This document shows positions 20,268-32,769 of a stretch of 64,000 bases of DNA, piece by piece. Source of the DNA: Trypanosoma brucei (Eukaryota); NCBI GenBank assembly GCA_000002445.1, contig CP000070.1, positions 1,536,001 through 1,600,000 of the forward strand. Reading direction: 5' to 3'. Both the position numbers and the translations under genes were made by a program. Within the stretch, counting starts at the first letter, position 1. Every line of letters begins with the position of its first letter. The notes below the pieces were generated by a model. It had not been told where the DNA came from. It worked only from the letters and a program-made list of their open reading frames with translations, and searched no databases.

Positions 20268-21662
20268 ATGTCCACGCGGAAAGAGCCACCGAAGGTTCTT
20301 AAAGGCGCCGCCTATACGGAGTGCAGTCCCATATCTGATGTTTCTCATCACAAGGCTTCCGCAAGCAAGGCATTTCTGGAAAATCATTACCGTGGGATGT
20401 TGCGTGACACCCGAAGTGGAAACACCGCGCGCCCCGTTGGCCCTCGCCCGAGGGAACCATGTGTGGACGACTTTGTGCTCGTCAAACGCATCGGGAAGGG
20501 TGCTTTTGGTGAGGTGTACCTTTGCTATAAAAAATATGACAACGACAAACAGTTATATGCACTAAAGCGAATGCGCAAGACGGATATGATACGCAAGAAG
20601 CAGATTTCGCACGTTCGTTCGGAGAAGGATGTGATGGCCGAAGCGGCGTCCACAAATCCGTGGGTGGTGAAACTGTACCTCAGTTTCCAGGATGAACAAT
20701 ACTTATATATGGTGATGGAGTACATGCCAGGTGGTGATATGATCTCATGGTTGTGCATCAAACAGCGGTTTGACGTAGAGAGCACACGGTTTTATATTGC
20801 TGAGCTGTGCGCTGCGGTTGCAAGTGTTCATGACATGTTCTTCGTTCATCGTGATATCAAACCCGATAACATTCTTTTGGACGCCAAAGGGCACATCAAG
20901 CTAACTGACTTCGGGCTTTCCAAGCGTTTCGCAAAGGTAGGAGAGGAACTTCTTGACTTAGAGGAGGGCAACGACGCCTTGTGTAGTAGCAATAGCAGTG
21001 CAAACCTGTCAAATACCTGCGGTTCCACCTGCCAAGGGCCAAATTCCGTACCAGTCGTATCCCCCCACAACCCCCACTCACCCACTGCAAACTACAATAG
21101 TTTGACACCTGCCGGGTCTCATGCCTCCGCACATCCCCAGGCTCGTCGCATCTTTGAATCTATTGTTGGTAGTCCGGGTTACATCGCACCAGAGATTCTT
21201 CTGCGACAGCGATATGGTGTGAACTGTGATTGGTGGTCTGTTGGTGTTATCATGTATGAAATGCTTTACGGGATCCCACCCTTCTTTTCCAGTGACACGA
21301 GCTCCACCTGTCACAAAATAACACACTGGCGGGAGTACCTCACTTATCCATCAGATCGTGGCGTCCCACCGGAGGCGACAGATCTTTTGCGTCGCCTCAT
21401 GTGTGATCAGCGGGATCGTCTTGACTTTCAGGGCGTGAAGGAACATCCTTTCTTTAATGATATTGATTGGGAGCGATTGCGAGAGACTCCTCCGGCATTT
21501 GTTCCTGAATTATCAGACCCACTCGACACGCATTATTTCCCTGAAGTAGAAGATAATACACCGCAGCAACATCATCAGCGACCGGAGGAACGCAACGCCG
21601 TCAGGGAAGTGGATCCGCGGGGCGTGATATTTGCAGACTACAAATTCAACCTCAAACGGTAA
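20268..21662 (+). CDS. PK53: NDR/LATS-family AGC Ser/Thr protein kinase, 464 aa; probably the T. brucei NDR kinase PK53
   Basis: Kinase subdomains are clear: IGKGAFGEVYL (Gly loop), YALKRMRK (VAIK-type Lys), HRDIKPDNILLD (catalytic loop), DFGLSK, SIVGSPGYIAPE and DWWSVGVIMYEML. An insert of about 80 aa sits between DFG and APE, which is characteristic of NDR/LATS kinases. There is an N-terminal regulatory extension before the kinase domain. The symbol comes from my recollection of the chromosome 7 gene order and is not verified. Confidence 0.85.
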   Translation: MSTRKEPPKVLKGAAYTECSPISDVSHHKASASKAFLENHYRGMLRDTRSGNTARPVGPRPREPCVDDFVLVKRIGKGAFGEVYLCYKKYDNDKQLYALKRMRKTDMIRKKQISHVRSEKDVMAEAASTNPWVVKLYLSFQDEQYLYMVMEYMPGGDMISWLCIKQRFDVESTRFYIAELCAAVASVHDMFFVHRDIKPDNILLDAKGHIKLTDFGLSKRFAKVGEELLDLEEGNDALCSSNSSANLSNTCGSTCQGPNSVPVVSPHNPHSPTANYNSLTPAGSHASAHPQARRIFESIVGSPGYIAPEILLRQRYGVNCDWWSVGVIMYEMLYGIPPFFSSDTSSTCHKITHWREYLTYPSDRGVPPEATDLLRRLMCDQRDRLDFQGVKEHPFFNDIDWERLRETPPAFVPELSDPLDTHYFPEVEDNTPQQHHQRPEERNAVREVDPRGVIFADYKFNLKR

Positions 21663-21777
21663 CTGCTGTTTTTTTTTTAAGAAAAAGAAAGATAAGAAAA
21701 AAGAGAGGAAATAAATCAAGAGAAAAGTACAACGGCCCACGCTGCGCGTACATTTCGCATATGCATATGAAAGATGC

Positions 21778-21823
<46 letters not shown>

Positions 21824-24631
21824 TACATCTGCTCATGGGCGTGATCACAGTAAAATGGGGGCAAAAATGTTAAAAGATGAATTAGAAACGAACCTTGTGA
21901 TACATGTTTATGATATTCATCATCATCTCCTTCTTCCCAGTGTGCGAAATCGATACTCCTTCGCGTTCCCTGTTTCATTTCTCCTCGTCACTCCCTTTTG
22001 ATTTTTTTTCGATTGTTTGTTTTTTGTTTGCTCTTTTTTTTTCCTTTTTGATGCGGTATGCACACACACACACACACGTACAAATGCTTGTAAATAAACT
22101 GAAAAAGAGAGAGAGATTTCATTTTTTTTTGTTTTATTATATCCTCTTCTTATTTCTCTTCCTTTTCTTTTTTCGCATTAAAGTCGTTGACAATATTATA
22201 ATGTGGCGGCAGAATGATGGCGATATTTAAATTGGTGAGAAGAAGCAGAAGGAAGTTGAGGTTGAGGTCATGTGGTACCGTTTCGATGTTCTCATTACTG
22301 TTTCTCTTATTTTTCCTTTTGCTTTTGTTTCAGCTTTAACTTCTTTTCGTTTTTGTTTTTGCATTTTAGTTTTCACGGGGATTTGGTTCGTTACAGCGTG
22401 TGTGAAAGGGGAGTGGGGGAAGTTGGAGGAGAAGCAATGCAGAGGAAAAAAAAAACTGAGAAGAGAGAAGAGAAACTGTTATTTGTGTTTTTTTTCCCAT
22501 CAACTGATCTCGTCTTATTTTTTTTAAATATTTTCCGTTGGTTTTTTTTGTTTTGTTTTTATTGAGGGAGGGAGCGAGAGAAGAGGGAAGTGCGGCGTTT
22601 GGGTACTTGCGTGTAGAGTTTTAGTGTGGTATAACCGAAGGGAGGGGGAAGGGAGAAGAAAAATCACAGTGGAACTTTTTTAGTGACGGAGAGCATTTTT
22701 CCAGGTATAAATATATATTAAAATATATTGAAATATATTTTTTTTAAAATATATATATAATAAATCAAATGTCCTCCTTTTAGTTTATTGATTTCCCCCC
22801 CCCTCCCTCTTCTGCATTACATTACACTACACTACGCTGCGCTGTCTCGCTTCATTTCCTTTGATGTGTTGTGTTGTGTTATGTTTTTTTTTAATCTTAT
22901 TAGTTTTTGTTTTTGTTACTTTAAACACCGATAAAAATATGTTTGGTGTTGGATGATGAGCTGCAAGAAGAGAGAGAGAGTAGCGATTACCGCCACCTCA
23001 ATTTTCTCCCTTGCGTAATGTATTAGAGACATAAGTTCATGGACTTTTATATTTTGTTACGTGTAAATAGGTTTCGCTTTATGTGTTGGTTTTTTTTTGT
23101 TTTTCTTGCTTTTTTTCTTTTTTTCTTTTTTTTCCCCTCTTGATTTGCATGTCCCATGTGATATGGCGGGAAGGGAAGGGTAGCAACGTTATTAAATTAA
23201 AATAAGTGAACAAATGAATGTATAAGCGGAGAGTAAAAGCAAAAAAGAGAAAAAAAAGAAAAATAGTAATGAGTACAAAAGAGATGCAGGGAAAAGAAAC
23301 AGGGGCGGATGATAATAATAATAATAATAAAGGTTGTTTTAATGTTGTGGGTGTGTTGTTACTGTTGTTTCACTTTCCTTTTCTGTATTTTCCTTTCAGA
23401 GATTCTCCCCTTCAACCCGTCGCTCATTCAGTTATGATTCGCGGTTTGGTTTTAGCGCGTGTGTTTATTTTCATCACATCTGAATGTTTCTCTTTTTTTT
23501 CCTTTTCTTTTTCCTTTTCTTTTTTTTGTGCTGATTAGCTGTTGCTGACGCGGTTGATGAAAGATACGAGGTTTCGTTGGGTTTTTTTTGTGATCCGGTT
23601 TCAAAGCGGGGTCTTTACAGTGTTTAAAGGCTGTTGTTTTATTGTCTTCAGTCTCTTCTTTTCAACCAAAACAAAAAAAAGAAATTATATTTGGAAAATG
23701 AAAGGAAAGAAAAGGAAGAAAGAAATTATTTGATGATGGTGTAATAACAATTACAGTAATAATAAATCGAAAGTAAAGGAACCTCCCTTCTTTTTCGTAT
23801 TGTTGTTGTTGTCGTCGTTGTTTCTTGCTGTTGTTCCCTTCCAATTTCCTTTTTTTTTTTTGTTTTCTATTTGTTCTTTTTTTTAAAAAAAAAAAAAGAA
23901 AAAAAACTTGTGCTCTACTCTCAGAATGTCCAGTTACTTGTCCCTTCACCCCCACTTTTCTCTATTTTAAACCGGGGGGATTCTCATCGGCGTCTATTTC
24001 TTATTGTTGTTGTTGTTATTGTTGGTGTTTGTTTGTTTGTTTTTTCTTGTTTCTTCCTCCCTCTTTTACTGATAGGCGTTCCATTATTACATCACTTCTA
24101 CTTTGTTTCATTATTAAAACGACGCAACATGAAGTAACAAAAAGTTAAGTTGAGAAAAATTTGGTGCTTATTATCATTATTATTATTATTATTTTCCTGT
24201 TCATGTCTCTCAAAATACAATATGAACTTGCAACACTTTTTTTTTAATTTATTTCTCTCTTCTTTCTTTTTGTTGTTTTTGTTTGTTTGTTTGTTTGTTT
24301 TTGGTGGCGGTGGTGGGGCGGGATTGTGACTCGCCGAAAGACTTGTCACAAATTCCAAAAACAATTCGGAAGCTTTAGGTTTTTGTGCAATAGTTACATA
24401 ACCGCAAAACACTCAGCCATTTATTTATTTATTTCTTGTATTGAAAGTTGTATCATCATTGGTAGACGAGACGAGTTGAGTGTTATTACAATTAAGGACC
24501 GTAAAGAAAAAAAAAAGAAGAAAATAAATTTCAAAAGCAACACTTGGCGAGAAGAAGCATTTAAACCTTAGGAAATTTTATACCTTCGGACGAATCTTTT
24601 TTTTTAAATAAAAAAGAAGAAAACAGAGAAT
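21663..24631. other. About 3 kb ORF-free, U-rich low-complexity intergenic region, probably long UTRs
   Basis: Only short Phe/Leu/Ser-rich frames from T/CT-rich DNA occur here. There are long oligo-T, (TA)n, (TG)n, (CA)n and GTTT repeats. Its composition is unlike the coding regions on either side. Confidence 0.6.
21777..21823. repeat. Compound (TA)12(TG)11 microsatellite
   Basis: Seen directly. Confidence 0.95.
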
Positions 24632-25087
24632 ATGATATCACTACATTTGTCCTCGCACTCACTAATGCATGTGCTACTTTCATTCCTGCTGTTATGTTCT
24701 GGAGTTGTTATGGGATATTATGCAGATGTGGATTATGAAGTGCCATCACGTGTTGTGCAGCTCACTGATGCGACATTTGACACAATTGTGATGGATCCCA
24801 CAAAAGATGTATTTGTTTTGTATTGCGTGACGTGGTCCCGTCATTGCCGCTCTGCTGTAAAATTATGGGCGGATCTTTCCATAAGTCAATTTAAACGACC
24901 CACCGCTGATACATTTGTGGCTGCATTAATTGACGCGGAGGCATTTCCCGAAACGGCGAAGCGTATGGGCGTAAAAAGTTACCCAACAATGTTATTTTAT
25001 ACCCGTTTAGAAAAGGCAACACCACTGGAGTATAATGGACAGGGCCTCCTTCCATTACTGGACAGTTTTGTCTTTCAAAACTCATAA
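24632..25087 (+). CDS. Secretory thioredoxin-fold (PDI-like) protein with non-canonical W-S-R-H-C active-site motif, 151 aa
   Basis: ATG at 24632. The N-terminus [26 protein letters not shown] is signal-peptide-like. The thioredoxin-fold order is present: the [16 protein letters not shown] active-site region, then AEAFPE...[11 protein letters not shown] (cis-Pro loop). The first Cys of the CxxC is replaced by Ser. It is paralogous to the next gene. Confidence 0.6.
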   Translation: MISLHLSSHSLMHVLLSFLLLCSGVVMGYYADVDYEVPSRVVQLTDATFDTIVMDPTKDVFVLYCVTWSRHCRSAVKLWADLSISQFKRPTADTFVAALIDAEAFPETAKRMGVKSYPTMLFYTRLEKATPLEYNGQGLLPLLDSFVFQNS

Positions 25088-26539
25088 AATTGTAAGAGGG
25101 GATGGAGGAGGAAAAGAGTTACCATTTGAAATCAATGAATCAGTTAAAGTTAGCGAAGGTAAGAGAAGGACTGTGAAGAATTTCAAAAAAACACACACAC
25201 ACATAACTATAAATAAATAAAATAATAATAATAATAAGCTTTACGGAAGTACCGAGTGAGCATCGTAAGTTGAGGAAACCGTAAAACACTCCTACGTAAT
25301 CAAACTCTTATATATATATATATATATGTGGGTGGGTCCGTCCGTTTTTCATAGTGTGTACCGTATGAGTGCCCTTTTTGTGTTTAGTTGATCAATTTTT
25401 TTATTTTTTATTTTGATTCCATGCAAAACTGTATGCGGAGCAATTTCATCGTTAAAATATTCACCACGGAGCAAACAAACGGATTTATACTTATGTACAT
25501 GTTAGTGTTCTTAATTCGTATTTGTATTACGTGCTTCACCGTGTTTATTTCTTTATTTCTTTATTTCTTTATTTCTTTTACTCTTTTGGGGCGGCATTCA
25601 ACACTTCTTCCTTTCTTATGTTCCTTTAACTCCTTTCCGAATATTAACGTCTGAAAGTGTGGAAGTGGAAGGAGGGACAATGACATCAAAAATACATGAA
25701 AATAAACAATATATTTATATTTATTTACAAGTGGGGAAGCGTCTATTGCGAAGGGGAAAAAATAAATAAATAAAATAAATTGCTTCATTTGAAGCAACGG
25801 GGGGGGGAAAAAAACGATAAAAATGTGTTAGTGCCGTCACCCGGACGGTTTCACTATTTTTTTTTGTTATGTGCTTCTGTTTCGGTAATAATGAGTTGTA
25901 TATTTTATTTTAAATTTTATTCTTGCAAAGAGAAGGAAGGTTTTCAAAATAACAGATAAAATATTTAAATTTATTTGTTTCATGTTTGCTTATTTGTGTT
26001 TTCCTCTCGTAAAGTTGAAGCTTTTGTGTCCTCACTGGCTTGAGGCGCTTCAACGCAAAGTATTAGTCATTTTTTTTACCCCCCTCTTTCATTGTTAAGT
26101 TGCTTAGGTTTCTTTTTTTTTTTTGTATATATATATATATATATATACATTTCAGAAAATTGTAAGTTACGTTGAGTCTTCACTTAAACTATTTCTTTTT
26201 CTTCCTTTCCTTTCCTTTCCTTTTGCGGATATTTTTCCACTTGTATTTTATATTGGTGGTTATTGTATGTGAAATCAAAAGTGAAGTTTATCAATCAGCT
26301 ACACTACACAGAAAATATCAACAGCAACATTCAAACAGGCTAAAAGGGCAGAAAGAAAATAAAAAAGGCATTACTTGAAAAAGTTCTAAATACAGAAAAA
26401 AGAAAAGGGTAATAATAATAATAATAGTAATAGTAATAATAATAGTAATACTATTACAACTAATAGTAACAATAACATCCACAAGAGCCCGATTTTTATT
26501 TGAAGGGAAGGCAAAAAACAAAAACAAAAACAAAAAAAG

Positions 26540-26947
26540 ATGAGGAACTCATTTGCACTTCTGCTTTTATCTGTTGCCATCGCTTTTGTTACTGTTGGCT
26601 CATTTGCTGATGAGGCGAAGGATTCCGTGGAGTTAACTCCTGATAATTTTGATAAGGTGGCGTTGGATACGGAGAAACATGTGTTTGTAATGTTTTATGC
26701 GCCATGGTGTGGACATTGCAAACGTCTTAAACCCAAATGGGAGGAACTCGCTAAAGAAATGAAAGATGAGACATCGGTGGTTATTGCTCGATTGGATGCT
26801 GACAAGCACCGCAATGTGGCGGAGCGTTTTGATGTTCGCGGGTACCCGACACTTCTGCTTTTTGCTCGAAGTAAAAAAGAAGGCCTCCGCTACGAAGGAG
26901 CCCGTGATGTGGCAGCACTGAAGGAATTTGTTAAAAGCAACATGTGA
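26540..26947 (+). CDS. Single-domain protein disulfide isomerase / thioredoxin with signal peptide and canonical WCGHC active site, 135 aa
   Basis: ATG at 26540. MRNSFALLLLSVAIAFVTVGSFA is signal-peptide-like. FVMFYAPWCGHCKRLKP is the PDI a-domain active site. GYPTLLLF is the cis-Pro loop. This fits the small bloodstream-form PDI described in T. brucei (recollection, not verified). Confidence 0.8.
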   Translation: MRNSFALLLLSVAIAFVTVGSFADEAKDSVELTPDNFDKVALDTEKHVFVMFYAPWCGHCKRLKPKWEELAKEMKDETSVVIARLDADKHRNVAERFDVRGYPTLLLFARSKKEGLRYEGARDVAALKEFVKSNM

Positions 26948-28370
26948 TGAAAATGAGCCTCATGATTTTTGATAGATAGGAGGCAAGTCTTATTTTATTT
27001 ATTTATTTATTTTCTTTCCTTGTTATTATTACTATCATTATTATTATTATTACTATTACTATTACTATTAAAGGAAACAGAAATAAAAAAGGAGTGAAAT
27101 AGAAAAAAAAAAAGGCGTAAGAAGATGAAGAGGATGAAGGGGGCAAGGGGAGGTTTTGAGGGGGGGAGGAAATAAACAAATAAATAAATTAAGGCGAATT
27201 TGAGATGAAAATGGTGGAATATGGAGGGTTATGCGTCCGCGAATGGGTGAATATGAGCAAATGAGGCAAAAGAAAAGAAAAGAAACAGATGGATAAATAA
27301 ATGAAAGAGGTAGATTCCTTTTTTTTAATATATATATATATATATATGTATGTTGTGTTTCCCTCTTTTTTTCAGTGTTTATGTTCTTTTTTTTTTTTTC
27401 CTTCGCTGTTGTGTTTGCTTCGGTGATTGGTTTTATTTTTCGTTTTGTTTTTGTTTTTATTTTTATTTTATACCACACACTCATACAACTTTTTTTTTTG
27501 TTTTTGCCGTTCATTCGTTTCTTTGTTCCCTTTTTTTTTTTTTGGTACTTCTCCGTTTGGTTGCGTGTGGGTGTGTGTGTGGGGGGGGGGGGCGTCTCAT
27601 TTATATTTTATTTTTTAGTTTCATGCGCTTTTTTTTCTTTTTTTTTTCATTATTATTTCGCCATTTTGCATTTGCTTTCGTTTTTTTTTTATGTTTTGCT
27701 TCTCATTTTTTTGTTTATGTTTTTTATTAATTTTTTTTTATGAAAGGAAGGAAAGTGAGGGGGGATGTAAACAGAAACAAGTAATGCATATGGTAAAAGT
27801 AATGAAATTAAGAGGGAAAAAAAATAAATAAATAACGGAAGGAGCAAAAAAAAAAAGAGGGGAGGATGAAACAATGATGACATGAATGAGAAGAGTGATT
27901 ATGTGGGAAAATAAGAATCAAAAACGAAAAAAAAATTTTAAGAAAAAAAAAGAAGGTGAAAAGAAAAAGGACTAAATTGAATTGAACTGAATTGGATGGA
28001 AGGGTGGAGTTTAATATTGTTTTCACGCAAACGTGCTGGAAAACCTCATCTAAAAGGGAAGCTTCCAAACCTAATATATAAATATATATAAAGAAAGAGG
28101 CGAAAAGTCAAAATGGTGTGTGTTCGGAAGAGGAAAAAGAAAAAAAAACAGAATTAAAAAATTGCGTTTTTGCCGCCCATCCGTCTCCTTTTATATCCCC
28201 TCTTTTTATTTTTCCTCTTCCTCATATTCCTCACTTCGTTTGCCAAATTGCGAGAATTTTTTTTTTGAAAAAAAAAAGAAAGAGAATGAGTGCGGTAATT
28301 TATATATTTCATCATGATTCTCTCGTAACATGATGTTGATATTGATTCCTATAATTAGGGTATGTCGGCA

Positions 28371-28404
<34 letters not shown>

Positions 28405-28802
28405 CTATGTATAAATATATTCTTATTTCTTCTTATTCCCCTTATTATCACCATTGTTATTATTACAACATATGATCTCACAAACGTAGTGAAGTGTGGC
28501 AGCGGGGGGAGCACCAACTTAAAAGAAAAAAACAAAAAAGGGAAGAAAAAAAACAGCAACAACAACAGCATTAGTACGGAAGGACAGCAAATTTCTTATT
28601 ATTTTTTTTTAAAAAAAGGGACAAGAATAGGTGACCATCATACCAAAAGTATATACGCGAAGGGAAACATTTAAGGGGAGAGCAGAAAACCACGCAAACA
28701 AGTAAATTAAAAAATAAAACAGACAAACAAACAAACAAAAAAAGAAAACGACAAGAAAAGTTGTGGTAAAAAACAAAAAAAACAAGAAGTAAAGAGGAGG
28801 AA

Positions 28803-29315
28803 ATGGCATATAGCGACTATAACAAACAGGAAGCATCGACGGAAACATCTCATAACGATTATTATGAACAATGTTATGGAGATGCGGCATTTGATTATCA
28901 TGAAGAAGTTGGTGAGGCGATAGCGGAGGAGATTCGAATTAATATGGGTCGCCGTAATGTTAAGGCATATGTAGTTCATAATGATGATCAATATAATGTC
29001 TATCGCACCCAACCGGAACGTTCACACATGCGAAGTACCATTTGTATGGATCATCACATTCAAGCTCGTGAGGAGAGCGCCTTGCCAGCAGTTAATCATC
29101 GCTTAGCGACAGATGTTTTGGGACGTGGGGCCCATCGCAGCTTAATTTGTCGTCCATTGGACCGTCACGGCTTCCAAACAGCAGTTTCCTCTCCAACATG
29201 TCTCATATTACCAAATATCGGCGCATGCAACCGAAGCCCGACATATCCACAAAATTATCAACATAACGGAAGGGACAACTTCATGCTTCCAGTCATTACA
29301 ATGCGAAAAAGATGA
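28803..29315 (+). CDS. Doubtful hypothetical protein, 170 aa
   Basis: ATG-initiated ORF on the coding strand with normal, non-repetitive, His/Tyr/Asn-rich composition. It is flanked by low-complexity DNA. The sequence just upstream is A-rich, not pyrimidine-rich. The nearest poly-pyrimidine tract is about 550 nt upstream. Confidence 0.3.
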   Translation: MAYSDYNKQEASTETSHNDYYEQCYGDAAFDYHEEVGEAIAEEIRINMGRRNVKAYVVHNDDQYNVYRTQPERSHMRSTICMDHHIQAREESALPAVNHRLATDVLGRGAHRSLICRPLDRHGFQTAVSSPTCLILPNIGACNRSPTYPQNYQHNGRDNFMLPVITMRKR

Positions 29316-29508
29316 TGCATAATGATGGAAGAATAGTAGACAAAAAATAATAGTATACCTCATATATATATATATATATATATTTATTTATATTTATATA
29401 TTTTTATATATTAATAAGGGAGTTTCATTATTTATTGTTGTTTTATTTGTTATTGTTGTTGTTGTTTTATGCGGAGGTGGAGGAAGGGAAATTTTTCCAT
29501 TTAATAAA

Positions 29509-29531
29509 ACACACACACACACACACACACA
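29509..29531. repeat. (AC)11 microsatellite
   Basis: Seen directly. Confidence 0.95.
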
Positions 29532-32500
29532 AAGGAAATGGGAATAAAACAAATCAAAACAAACAAACAAATTGGTTGTGGATGCAGCGATCAGTGAGTT
29601 GGTTTGTGGAATATATGGAAATGTGTAAGGAGAGGAATCCAAGGGAAATTTATAAACTCGTATAAATCGCATGTGTCCGCTTATTTATATATTTATGAAC
29701 TCGTATTTATATTTGTGTTTTTATTCCTCTCTTTTTTAAACAGAACTTCCACATCTGCTCGTAACTTCTCGGGAAAAAATCTAAAAAAAAAAGTAAAAAA
29801 AGTAGAAGGGGCTCTTTTGTTTTTTTTTGTTTGACTTAACACCTTCTGTTCCTCACTACCTTTATTTTTGTTTGATCAGTTTTTGACGGAGTAAAAAAAA
29901 AAAGAAAAAGAAAACAAATGGAAGAAATTTTTTTCGTGTTCACGTTCGTTAAATAGTTTGTTATGTGTGTGTGTGTGTGTGTTGATGTTGTGTTTTCCAT
30001 CTAACTTCCATCTTGCGCTCCAAAATCAATTTTTATTATTATCATGCTGCAATCAAAAGAAAGAAAAAGAGGAGGAAATGCTTTTGTTTTGTTGTAATTA
30101 TCATAATTATTACCATTATTATCAGTATTTTTCGTTGTTGCTGTTGCCAGAAGTTGGTTGTGGATTTGTTGTTACGTTATTATTTGATTTAACGTAAAAA
30201 AAAAAAAATCCCGCTTACACAAACACACAAAATATACGGGTGTTTAATCTCCTCATTTTTTTTTCTGAGGGAGTTGTTTTTGCACAACCCCTCTTTTACG
30301 CTTCCACCGTATTAAAAAAAGAAAAAGAAAAAATTAAAGTTGAAGTTAATGCTAAAGTTGAAAAGGAGCCAATTGTTATTATATTTAAAAAATACATATT
30401 ACTAGTATTATTATTATTATTAAAAGCAGGAAGTCACACACGTGTTTTATTGCGTGGGGAAAGTCATGAAGGAAGATAGGACGGTGTGTTTGTGTGTGTG
30501 TTTTTTTTTGGGGGGGGGGAGGGAGAAGGGTGTATTTTAGACATGTGCATTTGTGATTTATATATAAACGAATTAATAGGCAAGAACTACTGACAACTCA
30601 AAATAAATTGAAGAATAATTAAGTATAAATAATATATATATATATGTTTATATTTCTTAATATTTGGGTAGTGGCAATACACACGCCTTAAAGGAATAAA
30701 GCAGAAAACAAAAAAAAGACATTTAACTCCACCTTTTTTTTCTTTTTTCTTTTTTCTTTTCCTTTCTTCCTTCTCTCTCTTTCGCTCCGTGATGGCCTAC
30801 TCTCCCCGTAATTTGTGTATGTGCCTCTATAATAAATAAATGCAAATATATTTCCATTATTTCTGTTTCTCTCCACGCGTATGTTTGGCTATTTCATAAA
30901 CTTCATACCTTTCTCTCTTAATTATCAGCAGGGCGCAACCTTCAGGATTGGTTTCGTTGTATGTTTTTTTTTTGTTATGTGGTTTTCCTTTTCATAACTT
31001 TGTTGTACATGTTGTAGATGAGATGCAAATGTGATTGAAGGATGTGAAGAAACACAGCGTTTGAACACACTTTCAAGTTTCTTTGTAATTCCATTTCCAT
31101 TCTGCTTTTTAATAATTATTGTTATTCTAATAATTACTATTATTATCATTATCTGTGTATGTGTTTTTGCATGTTTTTTGTTCGGGCATTTTCATACGGT
31201 TTCTTTTCTTTTTTTTTTCTGATTTTAATTTATATATTTTTGATCCCCTTTTCTATACCGCTGATCTTTACGAGTGTCATCAGCGCCGCTGCATTGTTTT
31301 TTCCTATGCTTTTTCCTTTGTCAATGTGACCTTACGAATATAATAATAATAACAATATTAAAAATAATGATAAATTAAGTACATAACTTTGTTGTCACTT
31401 CTCTCGTTTTGCCTCTCCCCTCCCCTTTTGCGCTTCATTACCATGTTGCGTCAGTTTAATTTATTATATCATTTCTTTTTCGTTTTGCTTAATTTTTATT
31501 ATGAAAAAAGGAAAAATTTTCCTGATTTTGTAATGGCTTCTCCTCCCCTCTCTTCTTTTAACATCCGTCCAATCAATGCGAGGGGGAAAAAAGTATAAGC
31601 AAATATATAATGTATGCTTGTACACGAAAGGAAAAGAAAACACAATACCGCAGTTTTCAACATAATCCTCCACTTGTCTACATAAAACACAAGCACACAC
31701 GTGCCGTTTCTCTCTATTTCTTTTTTTTCTTATTTATTTATATTATATTTTGTATCTTTATTGTACCCGAACCTTTACTTATTTCTGGCTTTAACTCATT
31801 TGTTTCATTATTCCTTTCTGTTTCTTTCTATCTTTCTTTTTTCCCCCTTTCAACTCCTCCTCCTACTCCTCCTGTTCTTCTTCATTTTCACCTTTATTTA
31901 TCTATACCAAAACGGAGGCGGTTAATCAACTTTTTTTACACGTTTCATGTCATAAATATTTTTTAAAATATATATATATTTATTTTTGGGAGGGTGCAAC
32001 TGCAGATGTTTTCCTCTTTTTTTGCTGTTTCCATTACACTTCACCATCACCTCCCTTTTTCCCACATCTTCTTTAAGTTATTGCCTTCACTTTTACCCTA
32101 CACCCCGATGTTTTGGTTGTTGTTTAAAAAAAAAATTAAAGTGTCTCCAAAAATAAAAAAAATTGTATTTCTCTTCTTCACTTCTCCTCTTTTTTTTCTT
32201 TTTAAAATTACGCGCTTCTATTCTCACTGTCTGCTCGTCATTTTACCTTTTGCCCTGTTGTTCCCTCATTCATTATTATTATTACTGTTACTATTGCCAT
32301 AAGGCCCCAAAAAAAAATTGTGAGAGTAATTAACAAAAGGGGTAGTGGGAAACCTGCATTAGTGCCGAAGTCGTGTTATTATTTTTTTTTTAATTGAAAA
32401 AAAAAGAGTAGCAAACAAGCAAAACAAATATTTGTATCATATATATATATATTATTTATTTACATATAAGGGATAGAAAGAAGTAATTGCTTGGCTGGGG

Positions 32501-32710
32501 TTTGTGCTCCTTGAAGAAATTCATACAGCCACCATTTTCAAAGAGCCATAAAGTATTCCTTTACAAGCTAATAGAAATACCATAGAACGAGAAAGGAGGA
32601 AAAAAAGAAACACGCGAGATAAACTTTAGTTGCACGGTGTCAAATACAAGTGGCAAAAAGGGAAAAGAGAAAAAGAAAAAAGAAAATAGGCAGATATTTT
32701 TATTAAACAA

Positions 32711-32711
<1 letters not shown>

Positions 32712-32746
<35 letters not shown>

Positions 32747-32755
32747 CATTTACGT
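32712..32755. repeat. (TA)22 microsatellite
   Basis: A perfect dinucleotide run seen directly, immediately upstream of the ATG at 32770. Confidence 0.95.
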
Positions 32756-32769
32756 ATTTTGGATACCAG

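Noticed and set aside
21904-22565. Several ORFs of 85-110 aa on the + strand in the 21.7-24.6 kb desert (Phe/Leu/Ser/Cys-rich)
   Set aside because: These are translations of T-rich low-complexity DNA with extreme compositional bias and no motifs.
27068-28068. ORFs on both strands in the 27-28 kb region (for example 27068-27514 minus, 27350-27730 plus)
   Set aside because: They are homopolymer or microsatellite translations (poly-Phe, poly-Lys) and the frames overlap each other.
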